A stretch of 64,000 bases of DNA. It comes from a virus. Its lineage: Duplodnaviria; Caudoviricetes. Under the pieces are notes generated by a model, which saw nothing but the letters and a program-made list of their open reading frames with translations, was not told the origin of the DNA and searched no databases. Both the position numbers and the translations under genes were made by a program. The stretch is from positions 64,001-128,000 of IMG/VR virus record IMGVR_UViG_3300036783_000080. One strand, given 5' to 3'. This document shows, one piece after another, positions 38,219-48,630 of this stretch (position 1 is its first letter; each line of letters begins with the position of its first letter).

Positions 38219-38500
38219 TTACATTGTTGTTGTATAGAAACCATAGATTGATAAGTATTCATACACATCGACTACAGAAGTGTAATTGAGAACGGATTCT
38301 CTCACATCGTCTTCTAAACGTTCACTCGTACAGATTAAGCAGTCTGTGCTATGGGAAGCGAACACTGAAATACAGTTGTCCTCTGTAACCCACTTCTGTA
38401 GGATTCCCAAAGCTTCTGGTGGGATTGTTTCATATCCTTTCTTCAAATATCCAAATCCATATTGTTCCTCAAAAACATCTTTAACAATAACCGCTCTCAT
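38219..38500 (-). CDS. hypothetical protein
   Basis: AAGGAG RBS. Confidence 0.65.
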   Translation of the reverse strand: MRAVIVKDVFEEQYGFGYLKKGYETIPPEALGILQKWVTEDNCISVFASHSTDCLICTSERLEDDVRESVLNYTSVVDVYEYLSIYGFYTTTM

Positions 38501-38549
38501 ATCAATTCTCCTTCCAAAATAAAAACGCCTGTTCTCACAGGCGTTCTCT

Positions 38550-38963
38550 TTATAGAGCTTCCCAAACCCAGTCTGAACTCAAATTATCGCTTGCAGATGG
38601 AACCCAAGGTGTAAATGTGTCACCCGTTTTAATGATTAAATACGGATTAAATTTACAGATTGTTCCTTCAGGTAGTCCTGTTGCTTCAGCAGTGTTCTTA
38701 TTGATTGCAATCCCATTCGGATATCCTTGTTGATAATAAACCGCCAACCCTTTTCCATTCCAACCATTTCGATAGATTTTACCACCTTGTGTTTCTAATA
38801 GATGTAAAACTTCATAGTATTTCAATCCTTCAGCTTTCTTGAAAGCATTGATTGTGATTGTTTCAGCTACCAGATTGACGTTTGTTCCCATTTCAAGCAT
38901 CGTATCGCCTACTTGACTTGTAACAGTAACTTTTGATTCAAAATTCTCTTTTTCGTTTTTCAT
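38550..38963 (-). CDS. DUF2829 / Tad2-like protein
   Basis: RNGWNGKG...PYLIIKT...PWVPSASDNLSSDW. Confidence 0.8.
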   Translation of the reverse strand: MKNEKENFESKVTVTSQVGDTMLEMGTNVNLVAETITINAFKKAEGLKYYEVLHLLETQGGKIYRNGWNGKGLAVYYQQGYPNGIAINKNTAEATGLPEGTICKFNPYLIIKTGDTFTPWVPSASDNLSSDWVWEAL

Positions 38964-38975
38964 TATAGATTCCTC

Positions 38976-40070
38976 CTACATTGCACTTAATGTGTCATAA
39001 TATTTCTTTGCTTCATCAGGATTCTCTTTCAAGAATACACGTGCATCCGCTTTACGATACTTTTTACCATCAATTTCATACCAACCTGATGAAGTTCCAA
39101 AGATTCCTTTTTCAAGTCCTTTATCAAGTAATGCACCCATTCCATCAATACCTCCATGAATTGGGTCGAACACGATGTTGAATTCAGCTTTCTTAAATGG
39201 AGGAGCAACTTTGTTTTTCTTCGCAGTCGTAATACATTTAATCCCAGCAACTTCGCTTCCTTCTTTGTACTGACCAATTTTAATAACTTCTAAACGTATA
39301 GAAGCATAGAACTTCAACGCACGTCCACCAGGAGTGCTTGTTTTCTCACCGAATGTAACGCCCACTTTGTCACGTACTTGGTTAATACACATGAAACAAA
39401 TCTTTTGAGTGTTGATTAATGGATTAATCTTTCTGAATCCCTGAGACATAATACGTCCGTGAACACCCACATTGTGGTCTCCATAGTCACCTTCAACTTC
39501 AACCCTTGCAGCAGTAGCGGCTACTGAATCCCAAACAATTAAAACTGGTCTATCTGGGTCTTTCTTACGAATTGTACCGATAATCTCCTCAATAAATTCA
39601 AACACATCCTCCATCGTTTCTGGCTGTGCATAAATCATCTTCTTGAGGTTAACGCCAATTGTCTTCGCACGGTTTCTATCAAGAGCGTGCTCAGTGTCTA
39701 AGAAGATAGCAATTCCACCCATCTTTTGTATCTCAGCAATAGCGTGTAATGCAACAGTTGTTTTACCGTTAGACTCTGGACCATATAATTCAACAACACG
39801 TCCTAGTGGCCATCCACGTCCACCACTTAACACGTCATCAATATCAGGGTGTCCAGAAGGAATCCAACCGTTAACTTGCGCATGCGTAGCATTTTCTAGT
39901 GTCATGGCAGCTCCAGAATCCTTCTTGTTCAAATCGACAATTATGCTACTAATTAGGTCATCATCTTCGTCATCTTCAGCATCTTGAAGCTTATCGGCGG
40001 CATTGGACTCTTTTTTGACTTTAGTAGTATCTTTCTTTGTGTCTTTAGTGATTGGTTTTCTTGTTACCAT
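38976..40070 (-). CDS. recA: RecA-family recombinase
   Basis: GRVVELYGPESNGKTT, DTEHALD, INQVR, TPGGRALKFYASIRL, KNKVAPPF. Confidence 0.95.
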   Translation of the reverse strand: MVTRKPITKDTKKDTTKVKKESNAADKLQDAEDDEDDDLISSIIVDLNKKDSGAAMTLENATHAQVNGWIPSGHPDIDDVLSGGRGWPLGRVVELYGPESNGKTTVALHAIAEIQKMGGIAIFLDTEHALDRNRAKTIGVNLKKMIYAQPETMEDVFEFIEEIIGTIRKKDPDRPVLIVWDSVAATAARVEVEGDYGDHNVGVHGRIMSQGFRKINPLINTQKICFMCINQVRDKVGVTFGEKTSTPGGRALKFYASIRLEVIKIGQYKEGSEVAGIKCITTAKKNKVAPPFKKAEFNIVFDPIHGGIDGMGALLDKGLEKGIFGTSSGWYEIDGKKYRKADARVFLKENPDEAKKYYDTLSAM

Positions 40071-40130
40071 GTTTACACTCCTTTGTTATTTAAGGCTAAA
40101 AGAGAGGGTGACAAGCGTCACCCAGTTATG

Positions 40131-41003
40131 TTACTTTTTATGTTTGTTTAAAATGTTAGCGATTTCGTTTTCAACGTCATCAAGTTCTTCACCTTCATCA
40201 TCGTCGTCATCGTCATCTTCGTCATCAATGTCGTCATCGTCATTTTCGATGTCATCATCGTCTTCTTCTTCAACTTTTTTTACTGGTTTTTTCTTTTCAT
40301 CTTTCTTTTTCTTTTTAGGCTTTTCTTCTTTCTCTTCCTCTTCTGACTCATCGCCTTCCATAATTTTAACGATTTCGTCATACTCTTTAGCCTTTGTTAA
40401 CGCTTCAATGTCGTGAAGCTGTTCATCTAAGTCATCAATATCATCAACAGGAGCTTCGTTTGGAAGGACTTGTACAGTATACTCTGTTTTACGTCCTTTA
40501 CCTTTACGAGTGATTGTGATATTACGTCCTTTCACAGCGTGAGTGACGTCACCGATATCAGGGTCACATACAGCAGTTAGGATTTCTTCAAACACTGTAA
40601 TACCTGAACCATAAATAAGCGGCTTTTTAAAGTTATCATCTTTCTTTGTAAGTGTTTCATCAAACACGTTGTAGTAATATTTAGCCACAGCACGAATATC
40701 TTTTGCCAATGCTTTGTCATCTTCATCTTTAGATTTTAATAGAGCTTCACGAAGTTCACATACAGGGCAATCATCGTGTCCAGCAGCTTTACGGCAAACA
40801 GTTTGTTTGTTCTTGTCTGGTCCAAGATTATAGTGAATTGCTGTTTCAGCAAAGTATTCTTCTCTTTCACCCTTTGGAGGTAATACACGAATTTTGTTTC
40901 GTCCATCTTTAGGAGACCACCAAGCAAAGTCTCCGCCTTGGTTTGCAGTTTTCTCTTGTGTTTCTTTTAATTTCTGACGTAATTTTTCAATATCTAATGC
41001 CAT
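40131..41003 (-). CDS. single-stranded DNA-binding protein, gp32-like
   Basis: IRVLPP, H...C...CPVC zinc site, GRNITI..KGKGRKTEY, very acidic tail. Confidence 0.8.
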   Translation of the reverse strand: MALDIEKLRQKLKETQEKTANQGGDFAWWSPKDGRNKIRVLPPKGEREEYFAETAIHYNLGPDKNKQTVCRKAAGHDDCPVCELREALLKSKDEDDKALAKDIRAVAKYYYNVFDETLTKKDDNFKKPLIYGSGITVFEEILTAVCDPDIGDVTHAVKGRNITITRKGKGRKTEYTVQVLPNEAPVDDIDDLDEQLHDIEALTKAKEYDEIVKIMEGDESEEEEKEEKPKKKKKDEKKKPVKKVEEEDDDDIENDDDDIDDEDDDDDDDEGEELDDVENEIANILNKHKK

Positions 41004-41156
41004 TATGAATCTTCCTCTCTGTTTTTAACTATTGCGACAAGTGGGCTTATGACGCAAACAACGACTCAGGGCACGTATTCTATATATCAAACGGGAGGAA
41101 GGACAAACAGTTCACATCCCTGAGCCTGTGTTTACGCCATAAGCTATTGTCAACAA

Positions 41157-41669
41157 TTATTTATTTTTCTGAATAACTTTTTTAGCCATTTCTTTCTTCA
41201 TTGTTAACTCAACATTATCATTCTCTTTTCTCACCATAGCTCCAAGACTTATTAGAGCTTCCATACGGTGGTCAAAGGCTTTCATAATTTTGTCAAGTAG
41301 CTTGAATTGCTTAGTTGCTTTAATATAACGGGATTGTTTCTTTTTATACTCCTTGTCACACTTTACTTTCCTTGTAACAAGTCCTTCCGTTATTTTGATT
41401 CCATCAAGGTCTAACTCTTCACGAGCACGAATGTCAGCATGAAACTCTTCTTGTTCCATTTCAGCCTTCGCATTCTCCATTTTCTCTCGTGCTACTTCTG
41501 TAAGTGTTCCCCACCAAGCATATTTCCCTGGTTGGTCAATGTATCCGCCATTGATATTAAATTTATCTATGATTAATTCATCTTTGGCGTTGAAATGATG
41601 TTCTTTATCCCCAACGAGCACCGTCACATCTATGTCAAGTGAGTCAAGCTCTATTTCTATGTTTGGCAT
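41157..41669 (-). CDS. UvsY-like recombination mediator
   Basis: coiled-coil, AFDHR...L.SLGA..R; next to SSB and RecA. Confidence 0.55.
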   Translation of the reverse strand: MPNIEIELDSLDIDVTVLVGDKEHHFNAKDELIIDKFNINGGYIDQPGKYAWWGTLTEVAREKMENAKAEMEQEEFHADIRAREELDLDGIKITEGLVTRKVKCDKEYKKKQSRYIKATKQFKLLDKIMKAFDHRMEALISLGAMVRKENDNVELTMKKEMAKKVIQKNK

Positions 41670-41693
41670 CCGTCACCAACTCCTCTCTTACAT

Positions 41694-41734
41694 CTTACAT
41701 ATAATAAAACGGGTGATGTGAAAAGTTTTCTCTT
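41694..41734 (-). promoter_or_regulatory. phage-sigma (middle-type) promoter
   Basis: AAGAGA-19-TTTTATTAT-ATGTAAG. Confidence 0.7.
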
Positions 41735-41748
41735 GGGGAACATAGATG

Positions 41749-41919
41749 TTAGACTAAACTCATTCTTTTTGAGTGTATAACCTCTTTAAACCCACGAGCA
41801 ACCCAGTATTTTCTATACTTTGGTGTACATTTCACTTCTATGTCGTGTTTCTCATGGTACATAACATAGGCTTCACGTTTCTCTTTTAATGAGTCCAGTG
41901 CTGTATATCTTCGTAGCAT
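41749..41919 (-). CDS. 56-aa basic protein (not in ORF track)
   Basis: AAGGAGG RBS, MLRRYTALDSLKEKR... Confidence 0.55.
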   Translation of the reverse strand: MLRRYTALDSLKEKREAYVMYHEKHDIEVKCTPKYRKYWVARGFKEVIHSKRMSLV

Positions 41920-41939
41920 CTACATTCCCCTCCTTCACA

Positions 41940-42564
41940 TTAACTTGCTTTTGCGTGGTCTTTCAAGTTCTTCTCGTGTTTCTTCTGCCATTTTTCGTCA
42001 ATGTAATCGAATACATTGTCATACTCATCTAAATCTTCCAATTTGTTTAATCCAACTAAATCTCCATAGTTACGTCCAATCTCAATATCCGCAACTAATG
42101 GAACATTAATCCAATCAAAGTGAGGATATTCCATAATTCCTTTTACAATCTCAATAACTTCCTTAAGTTCTGGAATGTAAACATCAAGCACAATACTATC
42201 GTGTACTGTAATAACAATCATTGACTTCATTCCAAGTTCTTTTAACTTCTTGTCAATCTTAATGAGCGATGTTACTGTAATATCTGAACCTGTAGATTGA
42301 ATAGGAGCATTTACAGCCTGTCTCATACAATCTCCAACGATACTACGTTTGTTTGAGTCAACACCAGGAAGCCTTCTATGACGTCCTGTAAGCGTTTCTA
42401 CATATTTATGCTTCTTAACAAATTTGGCTGTATCGTCAAGCCATTTCTTCACACCAGAGAACTCAGTGAAGTACGCATCAATGAACTCTCTCGCTTCTTC
42501 AACAGATACTTTCATATCTTGTGCTAGTGAATATTCACCTTTTCCGTAAATCAAGCCAAAATTT
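41940..42564 (-). CDS. polA: family A DNA polymerase, exon 2
   Basis: NFGLIYG (motif B), AVNAPIQST, TVHDSIV (motif C). Confidence 0.92.
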
Positions 42565-43514
42565 CAATATTTATATATTGTATAAGCATTTAACTTACAC
42601 ATTCTATATGTTTCCATATAGTTTAGACTATATCTTCACCGTAAGGTGCTGGGCACTCGTGGATGGATTATCGTTTTGCCTAACTCACCATCTAGTCGTT
42701 GAACCTTCTCCATACTTTAAAGGCTTTCAGGAGCTTGGATGCTGATTGTCCAATCATCTTGTTTTTCAAACATTCACGTTTACCGTTTCCAGTTACGTTG
42801 TAGTACAAGAAGCTCTAAGGAGTTTCCAGCAATTCACCCAGTTTATTTAAAAGGCTGCAAATTATATATTGGCTATTATTGTTCCATCTTCTCCTCTTAT
42901 TATGTGTTCGTTATGATGACAAGGTTTGCAAAGTATCTCAAGGTTGGAAAGCTCGTTGTTGTCTCGGTTTCTATCCTTGTGATGTACGTCTAAAGTATGC
43001 AAATCCCCATCTTTCCCGCAACGATTACATTTATGAGAAAAGTTTTCGAAAGCGAGCTTTCGATATTTAGAAATATTTTGACAAAGGTCACAACGTTTTT
43101 GATTGTTACCTGTTTTTGTAAAATGTTTCCCACAGGTTGGACATTTAATGAATGGCACTCTATATATTTTGTATGACTGGTCTCTTCTGTTATTCACTTT
43201 ATTTCGACACTCACTGCAATACTTCTGGTTGTAAGCTGAAGGGTTGAAGTCTCTTTTACATTCGTTACAAGAGACTACTTTGTCCAATAGTCTCCCCTTT
43301 TGACTTCTCCCTTTTTTCTTTCGTTCTTCTCTACACGTATTGCAGTATTTTTGAGTTCCAATCTTCGCTTTAAATGTCTTTTCACAGTTTTTACAAATTT
43401 TGTCGTATTTCGCCACATCAAAAGTTCTAATCATATTTGTTCTCTTCATCATTATCACCTCATAGTTAATATGAAAGTAATATAGAGAACAAAAGCCAAA
43501 GATTTATTTAGCTT
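42565..43514 (-). mobile_element. group I intron, 950 nt, with HNH ORF in the P1 loop
   Basis: P AATTGCTGGAAA, Q AATCAGCA, R GTTCAACGACTAGA, S AAGATATAGTCT; U.G-ended P1, terminal G; splicing restores KAVNFGLIYG. Confidence 0.92.
42862..43458 (-). CDS. intron-encoded HNH homing endonuclease
   Basis: multiple CxxC ribbons; DVHHKDRNRDNNELSNLEILCKPCHHNEH. Confidence 0.88.
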   Translation of the reverse strand: MIMMKRTNMIRTFDVAKYDKICKNCEKTFKAKIGTQKYCNTCREERKKKGRSQKGRLLDKVVSCNECKRDFNPSAYNQKYCSECRNKVNNRRDQSYKIYRVPFIKCPTCGKHFTKTGNNQKRCDLCQNISKYRKLAFENFSHKCNRCGKDGDLHTLDVHHKDRNRDNNELSNLEILCKPCHHNEHIIRGEDGTIIANI

Positions 43515-45538
43515 ACAGCCTTTGCTTTTGTACGGTCATCGTCTGTAACTTCTTCTATCGGTTTCTTCATAGAGATACTAGCAGCATATATGTGTAAATC
43601 ATGACCATCTCTGTACGCTTGAATTAATCGTTCATCACCAGAGAATATCGCAGCAATACGAAGTTCCAGCTGAGAGTAATCGGCTTGTAGGATGAGTCCT
43701 TCATCTCCATAGCGGCTTACGAACATCTTTTTAATTCCATACTGATATTCGAACGAGTACGGGTTGTTTGACTTCCTTGGGAAGTTCTGAGCATTCGGTG
43801 CTTCTGATGCTAAACGTCCTGTAACCGTACCATGTAACATAAAGGTTGGATGTACCAGTCCATCTTCCCCAATCCAAGTACGAGCTGGTTTGATATATGT
43901 TCCATAAACTTTATCCAATCTTCGCCACTCTGACAGCAAGCTCGCTATTGGATGTTTGTCCTTCAAGTACTCTAGTGTTTCTTTACCTGTAGACAAATCT
44001 GAAGTCTTTGGCTTGAACTTCTTATCTTTTCTCTGAAGCTCTTTCGCTTTGTCTGTCAAGAAAGGTGTTTCCAATCCTAACTTATCAAACAATAACTCTC
44101 TTAATTGAGCGGTTGAACCAAAGTTGAAATTGAAGTTCTTATATTTGTTGTACTTAAGTATCTCTTTGTCACGTTCATCTTTTGGTTTCTTCATCTCTTC
44201 TTGACGAATTTTGAACAGATTATGTTTCTCTCTTTCTATCTGTACAACCTCAGGGAACTCTCGCAGCTTCTCTTCGATTTTAGCCATACGAGCAGGGAAT
44301 GCCTCTTCATACTCTGCAAGTCGCTCAGGATTCAAGCGTATGCCGTTAGATTCAATGTTTCGTAACATATAAGAAGCTTCCAACATAATCTCTTTGAATA
44401 CAAAGTCCCAAGCTTCATTTTCTTCAAGGTGTTTCTTGAACGTCATATAAAGTCGGAACGTACAGTCAACATCGGCAGCGGCGTATTCTCTTAAGATTTC
44501 CCAAGGAATGTTGTCATAGTTATGTTGCATCGCTTCTGGAAGAGTTTTCTTGAACTCATCAAGGTCGTTATCGTAACCGCCCATATCAGTATGTTCCCAA
44601 GCTAAATCTTTAAGCCCGTGTCCACCACGTTCTTCTGAAACTGTAAGATAATGACATAACATTGGGTCGAATGCGAAGTTTGCTACATCAATGTTATATT
44701 TAGCAAGTAGCCACTTCATATCGAACTTACCATTATGTGCCATTTTCTTAATCCGTTTGTTTTCCAGTAGCCGCTTAATTAATCCTTTAACTTTATCAAG
44801 TACCATTCCTGGCCAAGTAAACTCTTGATGTTCAAGCGGAATCGTTACACCACGATGCGTTCCATCTGTTAGAGAGATACAGACAATTTTCTGATTCTTC
44901 AGAAATGGGTTTAAGCTCGTGGTCTCTAAGTCAAAACAGTTCCATTCGGCTTGTTCAAGTCTCTCAATCTCTTTTTCCACGTCTTCGTACGTTTCCAAAT
45001 AGTTATAATTGACTGACTTTCTTGTTAAAACATCTCGTCCTTTTTCAGCCAACTCTTTTAAGTTCTGAAGGTCTTTCGCAAAGTTCTTTGAGTGTTTCGG
45101 CTGAGTGAATAAGTTTTCTGGGTGAATGATTGGGAAAATGATATAATCATCTGTCTCAACCGCTTTCCCTCTGTACTTTGTAATCCCTGTCATACCATAA
45201 ATCTTTTTCAAAGATACATTCCCCAAAGGTACGATGATATCAGGCTTGATGACTTTTAGTTCTGCTTCAAATATTGGACCACATTCCTCAATTTCTTCTT
45301 TTACAGGAGGTCTGTCATCATCCAAAGCATACTTCACATATCCTGTGAAGTAACATTCCTCTTTGGGGTCAATTCCTAACTGTTTAAGAGCTGCCTTAAT
45401 GAGCTTCCCAGCTCTACCTGTCATATACTTCCCTTTGGCATATTCCTCTTCAGTAGGAGCATCAGCAACAAACATTATCCTAGCAGATTTCTTCCCTGTA
45501 CCAAATAACGGTTCATCTTTTAGTTCATCAATGGACAT
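43515..45538 (-). CDS. polA: family A DNA polymerase, exon 1 (UDG-like N-domain, 3'-5' exonuclease, polymerase)
   Basis: SPO1-type UDG-like N-terminus, FDLET, AHNGKFD, YAAAD, TGRL, ADYSQLELR. Confidence 0.93.
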
Positions 45539-45560
45539 TCAATCAAATCTCCTTTCTTTA

Positions 45561-45600
45561 CTCTACATAATAAAACGGAAGACTGCATAAAGATACTCCT
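45561..45600 (-). promoter_or_regulatory. phage-sigma (middle-type) promoter
   Basis: AGGAGT-19-TTTTATTAT. Confidence 0.7.
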
Positions 45601-45659
45601 GGAAAACAAGAAAAAGGCACAGAGCTTAGTGTGCCCTGTGCCTTTTATGAACCAATAAA

Positions 45660-45992
45660 CTATTCAGCTTTCTTTTTCTTTTTCTTGTCAAGGAAGTCTT
45701 GTACATTTAATTCTTCCACAGCTTTATCTAAGTGTGAACCAGATTTAATTTTAACAGCCATTTTAGGAGCAATTTCAAGCTCTTCATTTGTTTGAGGATT
45801 GAATCCTTTGCGTCCAGAGCGTGCTACTGGTTCAGCAGTGATTAATCCTGCAATTTGTACTTTTTCTCCAGCTTCTAAGCCAGCAGCGATTGATTTACCC
45901 ACTAATGATACTGCGATGTTTGCTAATGCCTTTGTCATTTTTCCACTTTCATCTAATTCCACCATTTTGTCTAATAAGTCTGCACGATTCAT
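45660..45992 (-). CDS. HU/IHF-family DNA-binding protein (TF1-like)
   Basis: MNRADL, GEKVQIAG, RKGFNPQTNEELEI; GGAGG RBS favours ATG 45992. Confidence 0.88.
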   Translation of the reverse strand: MNRADLLDKMVELDESGKMTKALANIAVSLVGKSIAAGLEAGEKVQIAGLITAEPVARSGRKGFNPQTNEELEIAPKMAVKIKSGSHLDKAVEELNVQDFLDKKKKKKAE

Positions 45993-46047
45993 ATTAAAAA
46001 CCTCCAATAATTTGTTTTAGTTTAGTTTATATCTATATGAAAGCCAG

Positions 46048-46482
46048 TTAGCTGGCTGTGTTCCCTTGTAGCCATTTTACAAAGTCTGCTGGATTGTTTC
46101 GTAGGATATATGTTACCCAAAGCATTCCATAGTTGGCTTCATCGCCGACAGTGTCAACTTTACTTTCACCAACTTCATCGTCTTTGCTATGAAGTGTCAT
46201 ATTTTCCAGTCTGTCAAACTTACGTGCCATATTAAAGAAGATATCTTGTTCACCACGTTTACACCAAGAACGTCCATAAGAGCCTTCTTTGCTGTATTGT
46301 AGATGAGATAAGGACACGAATGCTAAAGTCATCAATGCGTTGTCCTCTCTGAGTTCTCCTTTGTTACCAGCGATAGTTTGATGTACAAGAGCCGCTTGTT
46401 GAAGTAATCTATCAACATTGCTGTCCTCTTGAACTGGAACATACTTTTTATACAATTCATATACTTCTTCGCTATTGACCAC
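46048..46482 (-). CDS. nucleotide-modification-associated all-alpha NTP-pyrophosphatase-like protein (Nmad1/DUF1599-like)
   Basis: K...YG.SW.KRG...RKFDRL...ES..DT..D..NY. Confidence 0.7.
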   Translation of the reverse strand: MVNSEEVYELYKKYVPVQEDSNVDRLLQQAALVHQTIAGNKGELREDNALMTLAFVSLSHLQYSKEGSYGRSWCKRGEQDIFFNMARKFDRLENMTLHSKDDEVGESKVDTVGDEANYGMLWVTYILRNNPADFVKWLQGNTAS

Positions 46483-46514
46483 TGGTCTTTCATCTCCTTC
46501 ATATTATATTCTGA

Positions 46515-47024
46515 TTATAGCTGAATCATTCTCTTTGCAAAAGTCTTTTGAAGAACTTTTTGTATATCTTTCCAATCAACTGTGGACATGTACAGGTTTC
46601 TGTCGTCAATATAAATGTCCGCTCCAACTTTTCGTGCCACCTTTGGGTGGTACTTTTTCTTGACTTCAGGTAACTGGTCATTAACTGCTGCGAATAAATC
46701 TAACATATTGTGTTGTTTCAGAAACTTCATCGCTTCATAAAGGCTCTCCGCTGTACGACAAGTCCATAAAACCAACACAACATCCTTTCTATTCGCTAAC
46801 CAAGTTAACACCTCTTTACAGTGAGGACGAAGAGTCATCTGGTGACTCATCGCCTTCTCCTCTGTAATTGTTCCGTCAAAATCAACCGCTATAACAAATT
46901 TATCTGGTAAAAATTCCAACCGCTCCACTCTCCTTTTGTTTTTACACTCGCTTCCCTTCAATATAACGGATTTTATCAGCAGAATAATGAACATATAGCT
47001 CTTTAAACGTTGAAGAATCTGCAT
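46515..47024 (-). CDS. HAD-superfamily phosphatase
   Basis: IAVDFDGTI, LWTCR, RKVGADIYIDDRN; true start probably near 46919. Confidence 0.8.
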   Translation of the reverse strand: MQILQRLKSYMFIILLIKSVILKGSECKNKRRVERLEFLPDKFVIAVDFDGTITEEKAMSHQMTLRPHCKEVLTWLANRKDVVLVLWTCRTAESLYEAMKFLKQHNMLDLFAAVNDQLPEVKKKYHPKVARKVGADIYIDDRNLYMSTVDWKDIQKVLQKTFAKRMIQL

Positions 47025-48105
47025 AGAACTTATGAAGGAAGAACAAGCAAGATAACTTCCACTGACAATCTTTCATTTCTGATAACACTTGAATCATTAA
47101 GCCAAACTGTTTTAACTTATGAGCACGATACGCAATCATAGAGAAAACATTTGTACGGAAATACTCGTCAGGAATTGCTGTTGCAAAAGCCATAATCTGT
47201 TCTTGTACTTCAATTTGCTCGAAAGCAGCATCATTATGAAGTGTTTCAACAAATCCTTGATTAAATAGTACATCCAAGAAAGCAGTTGTTTCTTGTAATG
47301 TGGATTTAATTCTTGGCTCGTTTTCAAACGTGAAATGTTTTACTTCTGGAGCTTCAAGTTCATCCCCTGTTAACCCGTATGCCTTTTTGATTTTGTCTGA
47401 CTCTTTATATCCATAATCCTTTAAATAGATATGTAATGAGTCAGTAACTTGGTTATATGTTCCCACTTCAATTCCTAACCAAGAAGCAACCATTTCTTGA
47501 AGCGTAGCAAACTGACATAAGTTCGCTCCAAATGTTCCGTAATGTAAGTCATTACTTCTGTTATAGACTGTTAACTGAAGTTTGTTTTTACGGATTTTAA
47601 AACAAAGAGTCATATTACAAGGGAAGTCTTTACCCTCATAACTTGAGTTGTCAAACATCGGATTCCAAATTTGAGCAACCGCTTGTCGTGTATCCCAGTC
47701 TTTAAGTAGTTTCTCATACACATCTACCAGTTGGTCAATAGGATTGATAATTTGGCCAGTCAAGTCGTTCTTATTCCAAAAGCGTAGTCGTTCCCCATAA
47801 GGAGCGTTAAAGTACACGCCATCATCAGAGAACTCGCCCATATTCTGGTTGTACTTAAGTAAGAACTCAACGTCAGAACGTCCCGCAGAAATCCAAAGAG
47901 CTTCTGCTTGTTGGAAGAATGGGTTGATACGTCTATCCTCCAAGAAAGTAACACGGTTCAGAGGGTTTGTGAACTCAACAATTACGGGACGTAATTCTTT
48001 GATGTCTTTTCCTCTTGGAGCAACAATGTCTCCTTCGTTTTCTAATGCAACGAACGCATCCATATAAAGCTGTGATGAATTGTCATTTGTAAAGATTTTA
48101 CCCAT
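46942..48105 (-). CDS. dUMP hydroxymethylase (thymidylate synthase family)
   Basis: DTRQAV, DFPC, RSND, G..AN (Asn = dUMP specificity), SLHIY; sits in an hmU-type cluster. Confidence 0.85.
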   Translation of the reverse strand: MGKIFTNDNSSQLYMDAFVALENEGDIVAPRGKDIKELRPVIVEFTNPLNRVTFLEDRRINPFFQQAEALWISAGRSDVEFLLKYNQNMGEFSDDGVYFNAPYGERLRFWNKNDLTGQIINPIDQLVDVYEKLLKDWDTRQAVAQIWNPMFDNSSYEGKDFPCNMTLCFKIRKNKLQLTVYNRSNDLHYGTFGANLCQFATLQEMVASWLGIEVGTYNQVTDSLHIYLKDYGYKESDKIKKAYGLTGDELEAPEVKHFTFENEPRIKSTLQETTAFLDVLFNQGFVETLHNDAAFEQIEVQEQIMAFATAIPDEYFRTNVFSMIAYRAHKLKQFGLMIQVLSEMKDCQWKLSCLFFLHKFYADSSTFKELYVHYSADKIRYIEGKRV

Positions 48106-48131
48106 AGTTTGAAAAACTCCTTTCAGTATCT

Positions 48132-48172
48132 CTTACACCTTAATAAAACGGATAAGTGAAAAAGTTTCTCCT
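48132..48172 (-). promoter_or_regulatory. phage-sigma (middle-type) promoter
   Basis: AGGAGA-18-TTTTATTAA-GGTGTAAG. Confidence 0.7.
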
Positions 48173-48255
48173 GAATACATAAATTATGTGGAAAACCTTA
48201 ACTTCATAAAAGATTCCCACAGTAAACCCTATGTTATAAACTAGGAGGTGATACC

Positions 48256-48594
48256 ATGGGTGCGGGTAAATACATTCCAGGTTTAGGAAAGATTTTCAAA
48301 ATCGGTAAAGATGAGATTGAACCATCTGCGTTAGCAGGCAGTGGCGATACTTCTGCTTTGGAAGCAAGAATCAAGCAACTTGAAACTGATTTAGCTACTG
48401 TTAAAAGTACAGCTAACAGTGCCAACTCCACTGCTACTACTGCCAAATCAACTGCAGATACTGCTAAATCTACTGCTGACACTGCGAAGTCTACAGCTGA
48501 TAGCGCAACAACGAACATCAACGGTTACAAAACATCCAACGACGCTAAAGTCACTGGCATTGACAACCGTGTTAAAGCATTGGAAGCAAAATAA
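48256..48594 (+). CDS. alanine-zipper coiled-coil fibre-like protein
   Basis: TAKSTAD heptad repeats, AGGAGGT RBS, N-terminus shared with the 6292-8598 protein. Confidence 0.7.
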   Translation: MGAGKYIPGLGKIFKIGKDEIEPSALAGSGDTSALEARIKQLETDLATVKSTANSANSTATTAKSTADTAKSTADTAKSTADSATTNINGYKTSNDAKVTGIDNRVKALEAK

Positions 48595-48597
48595 TGA

Positions 48598-48630
48598 GAA
48601 AAGGAAGCTCATAGGCTTCCTTTTCTTTAT
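48598..48630. terminator. bidirectional terminator
   Basis: GAAAAGGAAGC-TCATAG-GCTTCCTTTTC. Confidence 0.85.

Noticed and set aside
40003-40416. Ser-rich + strand ORFs (also 52201-52689 and 57098-57571)
   Set aside because: Antisense shadows of Asp/Glu-rich coding regions
43494-43514. Alternative 5' splice site after AAGCU using the local U.G hairpin
   Set aside because: No G-ended 3' site gives an intact motif B; the distal P1/P10 pairing does
41940-45538. polA as a pseudogene or two separate genes
   Set aside because: Intact group I core and splice pairings restore one frame
46942-48105. Ordinary thymidylate synthase ThyA
   Set aside because: Divergent length and N-terminus, and linkage to 5-hmU DNA kinase, favour dUMP hydroxymethylase
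48400-48510. 21-nt tandem repeat as a regulatory or DGR-type repeat
   Set aside because: Varies at synonymous positions and encodes TAKSTAD heptads; no reverse transcriptase seen
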